NCBI GenBank assembly: GCA_040081625.1
Contig: JBEBGD010000053.1
Location: 1 to 36,349 of the forward strand
Reading direction: 5' to 3'
From: Chthoniobacteraceae bacterium
GTDB taxonomy: Bacteria; Verrucomicrobiota; Verrucomicrobiia; Chthoniobacterales; Chthoniobacteraceae
Length of the DNA: 36,349 nt
Both the position numbers and the translations under genes were made by a program. The notes under the pieces were generated by a model. That model was not told the origin of the DNA. It saw only the letters and a list, made by a program, of their open reading frames with translations, and ran no database searches. Positions 27,270 through 36,349 of the stretch are shown here, one piece after another (the stretch's first letter is position 1; each line of letters starts with the position of its first letter).

Positions 27270-29413
27270 TCCACCGCATCCTCCTCCCGCTGCTCGCCAG
27301 CGCCGCCATCGCAGCCGCACAAGATTTCCGCGCCGGCGCAGCCGCCGTGGACATCACGCCGACGACCTTTCCGATCGTGGTGAACGGCGGCTTCACCGAA
27401 AAGACCGCGGCGAAGGCGTTCGATTCGCTCTTCGCGCGGGCGCTCGTGCTCGACGACGGCAGGACGCGCATCGCGCTGTGCGTCGTGGATACGTGCATGA
27501 TGGGACGCGGACTGATCGATGGCGCGAAGGCAATCGCGAGCCGCGAGACCGGCATCCCGACGGAGCGCATGCTCGTCTCGGCCACGCACACGCACACCGC
27601 GCCGTCGTGCATGGGAGCGCTGGGCTCCACGAGCGATGAAAACTACGCGCTCTATCTCCAGGTGCGCGTCGCCGATGCGATCGCCGAGGCCGCGCGCAAT
27701 CTCGCTCCGGCGCGGATCGGCTGGACGGTCGTGCCGGCGTGGGAGTTCACGAATTGCCGGCGCTGGATTCGCCGCCCGGACAAGATGATCGCCGATCCGT
27801 TCGGCCTCGCCTCCGGGCGCGCGCACATGCACCCCGGCTACGAAAGCCCCGACGCCATCGGGCCGAGCGGGCCGACTGATCCCGACCTCTCGCTTCTCTC
27901 CGTGCAGACGCGCGACGGGAAGCCGCTCGCGCTTCTCGCGAACTTCTCGATGCACTACTTCGGCGCGCAGGCGGTCTCGGCGGATTACTTCGGGAAGTTC
28001 GCAGCGGGCATCGGCAAGCTGATCGGCGCGGGCGATTCGTTCGTCGGCATCATGTCGCAAGGCACGAGCGGCGATTCGCACTGGATGGATTACAGCAAGC
28101 CGAAGACGGACATGACGCTCGACCGATATGCGGATGGCGTGATGCGGCTGGCGGCGGACGCTTACGCAAAGATCGAGCACCGCGACAGCGCGCCGCTCGC
28201 GATGGCGGAGGCAACGCTGCCGCTGAAGATGCGCGTCGCCGACGAGTCGCGGCTGGAGTGGGCGCGCAAGCTCGTGCGCGAGGCAGTCGGGCGCGGGCCG
28301 AAGACGAAGGAGGAGGTGTATGCGCGCGAGCAGTTGATCATCGCGGCGGAGCCTGAGCGCGAGATCGTGCTGCAGGCGGTGCGCATCGGCGACATCGGCA
28401 TCACGGCGCTCCCGAACGAAGTGTATGCGATCACCGGCTTGAAGCTGAAGGCGCGGAGCCCGCTGCGGACGACGTTCAACATCGAGCTGGCCAATGGTGG
28501 CGACGGCTATATCCCGCCGCCCGAGCAGCACGCGCTCGGCGGTTACACGACTTGGGCGGCGCGCACCGCGGGGCTGGAGCCGCAGGCCGAGCCGCGCATC
28601 GTCGAGACGCTGCTCGGCTTGCTCGAGAAGGTGTCCGGCGAAAAGCGCCGCGCCATCGCCGAGCCGGTGGGCGCGTATGGGAAAGCCGTGCTCGCGGACA
28701 AGCCGGCGGCGTTCTGGCGGCTGAACGAGATCGAGGGCCGGCGCGCAGCCGACGCGAGCGGACGCGGCGCGGACGCGGCGTTTGAAGACGGCGTGGCGCT
28801 CCACCTGCCCGGCGTGCAGCGTGTCGGCGGCGCGATCTCCACGCCGCCCGAGGTGCCCTCGCCGTTCTCCGGCGGGCAGATCAATCGCGCGGCGCACTTC
28901 GCCGGCGGACGCCTGCGCGCGGACGCGAAGCTCGGGCCGGCTTACAGCGTGGAGCTGTGGCTTTGGAACGGGCTCGCGGCGAACGCACGCGCGATCACAG
29001 GCTACGTCTTTTCGCTCGGCGCGGACGGCGACAAGACGGCGGCGGGCGATCACCTCGGGATCGGCGGCACGGCGAACGGCGAAGCCGCGGGCAGGTTGAT
29101 CTTCTTCAACGGCAACAAGGCGAACACCACGCTGACCGGCCGCACCGAGCTCGCCTTCCGCGACTGGCATCACGTCGTGCTCGTGCGCGATGGACGCAAA
29201 GTGCGCGCGTATCTCGACGGCAAGCTCGAGTTCGAAGGCGATGCGGAGCCGACGTCGGCGGCTGGCGCGAGCGCCTTCCTCGGCGGGCGCTGCGACGGGT
29301 TCGCGAACTTCGAGGGCAAGCTGGACGAGGTCGCGATTTACGATCGTGCGATCAGCGACGCAGAGGTCGCGCGACATTTTCAAGTTGCCGGGCGCACACC
29401 TCCCGCGCGATGA
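27266..29413 (+). CDS. Neutral/alkaline ceramidase-like hydrolase fused to a C-terminal LamG-like domain
   Basis: GAAAVDITP, SATHTHTAP, NFSMHY, PNEVY, ELANG..GYIP; C-terminal FWRLNE, SVELW, WHHVVLVRDG, GKLDEVAIYDRAIS. Confidence 0.75.
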   Translation: MIHRILLPLLASAAIAAAQDFRAGAAAVDITPTTFPIVVNGGFTEKTAAKAFDSLFARALVLDDGRTRIALCVVDTCMMGRGLIDGAKAIASRETGIPTERMLVSATHTHTAPSCMGALGSTSDENYALYLQVRVADAIAEAARNLAPARIGWTVVPAWEFTNCRRWIRRPDKMIADPFGLASGRAHMHPGYESPDAIGPSGPTDPDLSLLSVQTRDGKPLALLANFSMHYFGAQAVSADYFGKFAAGIGKLIGAGDSFVGIMSQGTSGDSHWMDYSKPKTDMTLDRYADGVMRLAADAYAKIEHRDSAPLAMAEATLPLKMRVADESRLEWARKLVREAVGRGPKTKEEVYAREQLIIAAEPEREIVLQAVRIGDIGITALPNEVYAITGLKLKARSPLRTTFNIELANGGDGYIPPPEQHALGGYTTWAARTAGLEPQAEPRIVETLLGLLEKVSGEKRRAIAEPVGAYGKAVLADKPAAFWRLNEIEGRRAADASGRGADAAFEDGVALHLPGVQRVGGAISTPPEVPSPFSGGQINRAAHFAGGRLRADAKLGPAYSVELWLWNGLAANARAITGYVFSLGADGDKTAAGDHLGIGGTANGEAAGRLIFFNGNKANTTLTGRTELAFRDWHHVVLVRDGRKVRAYLDGKLEFEGDAEPTSAAGASAFLGGRCDGFANFEGKLDEVAIYDRAISDAEVARHFQVAGRTPPAR

Positions 29414-29420
29414 GGCGCGG

Positions 29421-32374
<2,954 letters not shown>

Positions 32375-32375
<1 letters not shown>

Positions 32376-33844
32376 TGAACACATCGCCTTTCCATCGTCC
32401 GGTTAAGTCGATGCCGGTGAGTCGGCGTGAGTTTCTTTGGCAGTCGGGCGGCGGGCTCGGCGGGCTGGCGCTTGCGGCGATGCTCGGGGATGACGCGCGC
32501 GCGATGCAGCATCATCCGGCGAAGGCGAAGCGGGTGGTGCAGCTCTTCATGGGCGGGGCGGCGAGCCACATCGACCTTTTCGATTTCAAGCCGGAGCTGG
32601 TGAAGCGGCACGGGCAGCCGAGTGACTTCGGCGAGCACGTCGAGGCGTTTCAAAATGGGCTCGGGCCGTGGCTGCGACCGGTGTGGGATTTCAAACCATA
32701 CGGTCAGTGCGGGAAGTTGATCAGCGACATCGTCGCGCCGCTCGGGGCGTGCGTGGATGACATGGCGTTCGTCCACAATGTCGTCGGGAAGACGGGCATT
32801 CATTCGCAGGGCACGCTGCTGCAGGCGACGGGGTTTCAGCTTCCCGGATTTCCCGGCGCGGGGTGTTGGGTGAGCTACGCGCTCGGGTCGATGAATGAGA
32901 ACCTGCCGACGTTCGTGGTGCTGCCGGATCATCGCGGGTTCGCGTCGAACGGCGTGAAGAACTGGGACGCGGCGTTTCTGCCGTCGCAGCACAGCGGGAC
33001 GGTGATCTATCCCGGCACCGATGCGCCGATCGCGGATCTGTTTCCGCACAAGTCGGGCGGCTACATCACGCCCGGGAGCGAGTCGGCGACGCAGGCGGTG
33101 CTTGCTTCGCTGAATCGCGAACACGCGGCGACGCGCGAGGGTGATCCGCGGCTGGACGCGCGAATCCGCAGCTACGAACTCGCCGCGAAGATGCAGCTCG
33201 CCGCGCCCGAGGCGCTCGACTTGAAGAAGGAGCCGGAGCACATCCTCAAGCTCTACGGTCTCGATCGCGGGCCGCAGCCGTGGGCGAAGGAAATCAACGC
33301 GGACGAGGAGACGTTTTACTTCGCGCAGAAATGCCTCGCCGCGCGGCGGCTGCTCGAGCGTGGCGTGCGCTTCGTGCAGGTGTGGAGCGGGAACGACAAC
33401 GGTTTTCCCCGGCGCAACTGGGACTCGCACGAGGACGTGGAGCGCGATCACGGCCCGCTCGCGAGCGGCATGGCGCGCGGCGCGGCGGCGCTCATCGCCG
33501 ATCTCAAGCAACGCGGGATGCTGGAGGACACGATCATTTTGTGGACGACGGAGTTCGGCCGGATGCCGAGCACGCAGGGCGGGAAGGGGCGCGATCACAA
33601 TCCGTATGTCTTCACGAACTGGCTGTGCGGCGGCGGTATCCGCGGCGGCACGACTTTCGGCGAGAGCGACCAGTGGGGCTACAAGCCGCTCGACCGGAAG
33701 AACCCGACGCAGGTCTATGACATCCACGCGACGATGCTGCACCTGCTCGGGATCGATCACACGAAGCTCGTCTGGCGGCACAACGGAATCGACCGCCGGC
33801 TCACCGATGTGCACGGGCACGTGATCGACGCGCTGCTTGCGTAG
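32375..33844 (+). CDS. DUF1501 family protein with Tat signal (paralog C)
   Basis: TGATG overlap; SRREFLW; AKRVVQLFMGGAASHIDLFD; NWDSH; TEFGRM; GRDHN; RLTDVHG. Alternative start at 32411. Confidence 0.9.
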
Positions 33845-33875
33845 AGCGGAATTTTCGCGTCCCATCCACTCCTCG

Positions 33876-34313
33876 ATGAAACTCCTGCTCTGCCTCCTCA
33901 TGCTCGCCACTTCGTCCTTCGCCGGCGGCCCCGTGCGCCACATCGTTCACTTCAAGTTCCGCGCCGACGCGACGCAGGAGCAGGTGCAGCGGGTGATCAG
34001 CGAGTTCGAAGGGCTTCAGAAAAAGATCAAGGTCATCGACGGCTTCGAGTGGGGCACGAACGTGAGCCCCGAGGGGCTCGACAAGGGATTCCGGCATTGC
34101 TGGATTCTCACCTTCCGCAGCGAAGCGGACCGCGACACTTACCTCCACCACGCGGACCACGTCGCCTTCGCCGCTCTCGTCAAACCGCTGCTCGCCGACG
34201 TGCATGTGGTCGATTTCATCCCGGCGAAGCCGACGTTCGTGCCGGCCGAGAAAGTGAAGAAGCCGATGAGGACAGGTATCCCGAAGGCGTGGGGCGCTCA
34301 GAAAACGGGTTGA
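33876..34313 (+). CDS. Dabb (stress-responsive A/B barrel) family protein with signal peptide
   Basis: VRHIVHFKF, EWGTNVSPEG..KGF.H, YLHH.DH, VVDF. Confidence 0.85.
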   Translation: MKLLLCLLMLATSSFAGGPVRHIVHFKFRADATQEQVQRVISEFEGLQKKIKVIDGFEWGTNVSPEGLDKGFRHCWILTFRSEADRDTYLHHADHVAFAALVKPLLADVHVVDFIPAKPTFVPAEKVKKPMRTGIPKAWGAQKTG

Positions 34314-34337
34314 CTGTGCGGGTGCGCCTCCTAGGGT
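34310..34337 (+). promoter_or_regulatory. Putative sigma70 promoter of rpsT
   Basis: TTGACT (34310-34315), 16-nt spacer, TAGGGT (34332-34337); 25 nt upstream of the rpsT ATG. Confidence 0.55.
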
Positions 34338-34362
34338 GCGCGCCCTTTTCACCAATCCCGAC

Positions 34363-34626
34363 ATGGCCAATACCAAATCCGCCGCCAAACGCGCCCGACA
34401 GACTCCCCGCCGCACCGCCATCAACCGGCGCGTGAAGAACAAGCTCAAGAGCGCGCTCAAGAAAGTGCGTGAACTGATCAAGATCGCCGACAAGGAGAAG
34501 GCGCCGGCTGCGTTGCGCAAGGCGTCGTCGGTGCTCGATAAGGCCGCGAAGACCGGCCAGATCCACCGGAACAAAGTCGCGCGTCACAAGTCGCGGCTCA
34601 CGCGCGCTGTCACGGCGCTCAAGTAA
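34363..34626 (+). CDS. rpsT: 30S ribosomal protein S20
   Basis: MANTKSAAKRARQ...N...K...LDKAAKTGQIHRNKVARHKSRL; 87 aa, highly basic. Confidence 0.97.
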   Translation: MANTKSAAKRARQTPRRTAINRRVKNKLKSALKKVRELIKIADKEKAPAALRKASSVLDKAAKTGQIHRNKVARHKSRLTRAVTALK

Positions 34627-34637
34627 CCGCCGGCGCG

Positions 34638-34976
34638 TCAGCCGCCCGACGGGAGCTGATGCGAAAACTCCCGGAGACTTTGTTTCAAGTCATCCGGGAG
34701 ATCGAGGAAGAGGATGGTCGTCTCGAAGGCGGGACATTCGTCCGGGAGGTGGAGGTGCCACTCGCACCACACGACGATGCCCTCCAGTCGCACGCTGCGC
34801 CGTCCGAATTCGCACGCGACGGCGAGCTGAGTGCCGAGCGCAAACTGCCAGCGGGAGCGGAAGATCATGCCGCGTTCATCGAGCGAGAAGCACCGGCCGG
34901 CCGGCTGTTCATCGACGCCGCAATCCAGGACCAGATGAGGCCTGACTGCTGCCGGAGTGATGACTCTTTCGCTCAT
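34638..34976 (-). CDS. Small PilZ-like beta-barrel protein (hypothetical)
   Basis: 112 aa from ATG 34976; SLDERGM.F, LEGIVVWC, TILFLDL pattern; promoter directly upstream. Confidence 0.55.
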   Translation of the reverse strand: MSERVITPAAVRPHLVLDCGVDEQPAGRCFSLDERGMIFRSRWQFALGTQLAVACEFGRRSVRLEGIVVWCEWHLHLPDECPAFETTILFLDLPDDLKQSLREFSHQLPSGG

Positions 34977-34996
34977 GATTCGGGAGGGCGTCCCGC

Positions 34997-35024
34997 ACGC
35001 TAGCACCGCGAGTCAGCCTGTCAA
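34997..35024 (-). promoter_or_regulatory. Putative sigma70 promoter (extended -10) of the PilZ-like gene
   Basis: Minus strand: perfect TTGACA (35024-35019), 16-nt spacer ending TGC, TAGCGT (35002-34997). Confidence 0.6.
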
Positions 35025-35041
35025 AAGGCCCCTCGGCCTTT
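35023..35041 (-). terminator. Possible weak intrinsic terminator hairpin
   Basis: AAAGGCC-cctc-GGCCTTT stem-loop; only four U after the GC stem on the minus strand; lies downstream of the TVP38 gene. Confidence 0.35.
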
Positions 35042-35049
35042 CCACCTAC

Positions 35050-35179
35050 CAGCCTGTTGAAAAACTCGACGCCTCGGTGGCTGTCCACAGATTGCACCGA
35101 TTTTCACAGAGAAGCGGAACGGATCGCCGCGACGGATCTGTGTCCATCCGTGGAATCTGTGGACGATTTCAACAGTCTC
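35050..35179. mobile_element. ~130-bp MITE-like element with terminal inverted repeats, target duplication and internal palindrome
   Basis: AGCCTGTTGAAA (35051-35062) vs TTTCAACAGTCT (35167-35178), 11/12 inverted match; CTAC flanks both sides (35046-35049, 35180-35183); internal inverted repeat 35083-35164. Confidence 0.7.
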
Positions 35180-35902
35180 CTACGAAGCCCCGCCCTCGCG
35201 ACTCTCCGCGAGCACCCGGTGCGCGAGCCGGCCCAGCGCGGTGGTCACGACCACCGCCAGCACCAGCCCGCCCAGCCAGACCATATACTCGTGCGCTTGC
35301 GGGTGCGACTGCCCGCGCAGCAGCCGCAGGCCGTGCTGCGTGAGCGTGCCGAGATACGCGTAAAGGAAAAGCCCCGGCGCCTGCCCGAGCGCGACCCACA
35401 GCATGCACGTGCCGAAGCGCATCCGCGTGACCCCGTAGAGATAGTTCAGCAGGCTTGTGGGAAAGAGTGGATGCACCTGCGTGAGAAAGATGATCTTCCA
35501 CCCGTGCCGCCCGATCGCCCCATCGAGCGCCGCCCATCGCGGCTGCGCGAGCAGGCGCGCCACCAGCCAGCGCCGCCCGATCAGCCGCGCCAGCCCGAAG
35601 GCCACCGCCGCGCCGAGCAAGTTGCCCGCGAGATTGATCGCCGTGCCCCACCACAGCCCGAAGAACAACCCGCTGCCGATCGCCAGCACGCCGCCGGGCA
35701 GCAGCAGCACATTGCAGCCGGCATACAGCAGCGGGTAGAGCACGCCGCCCCACACCTCCATCCTCCCGATCGCGTGCTGCGCGCGGGTGATGTGCTCGAC
35801 GACCGGGAAGTGGCGCGCCGACCACCACAGCGCCGCCGCGCCCAGCGCGAGGCCGGCGCACTGCCAGAGCACCGCGTTGCGGAACCGCCCGTCGCCCTTC
35901 AT
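35180..35902 (-). CDS. TVP38/TMEM64 (VTT/DedA family) membrane protein
   Basis: ATG 35902 overlaps the upstream stop (ATGA); LLPGGVLAIGSGLFFGLWWG, AFGLAR..GR, PLFPTSLLNYLYG.T, PG.FLYAYLG. Confidence 0.85.
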   Translation of the reverse strand: MKGDGRFRNAVLWQCAGLALGAAALWWSARHFPVVEHITRAQHAIGRMEVWGGVLYPLLYAGCNVLLLPGGVLAIGSGLFFGLWWGTAINLAGNLLGAAVAFGLARLIGRRWLVARLLAQPRWAALDGAIGRHGWKIIFLTQVHPLFPTSLLNYLYGVTRMRFGTCMLWVALGQAPGLFLYAYLGTLTQHGLRLLRGQSHPQAHEYMVWLGGLVLAVVVTTALGRLAHRVLAESREGGAS

Positions 35903-36348
35903 TCCGCGGGAGTCAGCCGCGCGACCAGCGCGGCGATGTGCTCCGGCGTGGTGCCGCAGCAGCCACCGATCAGCCGCACTCCGCGCCCGGCCAGCGCGTG
36001 CGCGCCTTCGGCGAAAACGGCGGGCGTCAGCCCATAGCGTCCGTCCGCATCGGGCAGGCCGGCGCTCGGGAAAACCGCCGTCTCCGCGACATCCGCGTCG
36101 CCCAGTGCGGCGAGCATCTCCGCGGGCGTGCCGGCGCAATTCACCCCCACCACATCCGCGCCCGCATCCAGCAGCCGCGCCCAGTTCGCCGGCTCCGCGC
36201 GCGCCATCAGCGCCACCACCGCGCAGTGATGCAACGACTGCTTCGCCTCGATCGCCACCACCAGCTCCTCCACATCCGTGAACGTCTCCAGGATCACGCA
36301 GCGCGCCCCCCCATCGAGCAGCGCCCCGATCTGCTCCTCGAAGAGCGG
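35899..36348 (-). CDS. Homocysteine S-methyltransferase family protein (3' part; runs off the window)
   Basis: Frame open to the edge: FEEQIGALLDGG...ILETF, VGVNC, PSAGLP, IGGCCGTTPEHIAAL (Zn-binding Cys residues). Confidence 0.88.
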   Translation of the reverse strand, partial: PLFEEQIGALLDGGARCVILETFTDVEELVVAIEAKQSLHHCAVVALMARAEPANWARLLDAGADVVGVNCAGTPAEMLAALGDADVAETAVFPSAGLPDADGRYGLTPAVFAEGAHALAGRGVRLIGGCCGTTPEHIAALVARLTPAE

Positions 36349-36349
36349 C

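Noticed and set aside
29190..29420. Extended start of cytochrome paralog 3
   Set aside because: Overlaps the ceramidase-like gene; the signal peptide starts at ~29421-29433.
35057..36037. Plus-strand 326-aa ORF starting inside the MITE as a possible transposase
   Set aside because: Antisense shadow of the TVP38 gene; no DDE or HTH features.

Overview
High-GC bacterial DNA. Gene content suggests the PVC superphylum, most plausibly Verrucomicrobiota (inference). Bases 1-34,313 hold one uninterrupted plus-strand run of 22 genes, many joined by ATGA/TGATG overlaps and most predicted to be exported. The core is three DUF1549/DUF1553 'planctomycete cytochrome c' proteins (two CxxCH each, with a different central insert in each), three Tat-type DUF1501 proteins and a DUF1552/DUF1592 pair. 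Mixed among them are an HGSNAT-like acetyltransferase, an enolase-superfamily enzyme, 3-hydroxyacyl-CoA dehydrogenase, a CoA transferase, a sulfatase, an atypical epimerase/aldolase pair, and ThuA, nitrilase, double-MBL, amidohydrolase and ceramidase-like hydrolases. Gene order and short junction repeats suggest the left part was built by nested insertions between cytochrome and DUF1501 partners. The right end carries rpsT, a PilZ-like gene, a ~130-bp MITE-like element at a stop codon, a TVP38/DedA gene and a partial homocysteine S-methyltransferase. Several 7-bp and 9-bp periodic repeats occur, some inside coding sequence. No rRNA, tRNA, CRISPR array or transposase was recognised. Family calls come from motif recognition by eye, not database searches.
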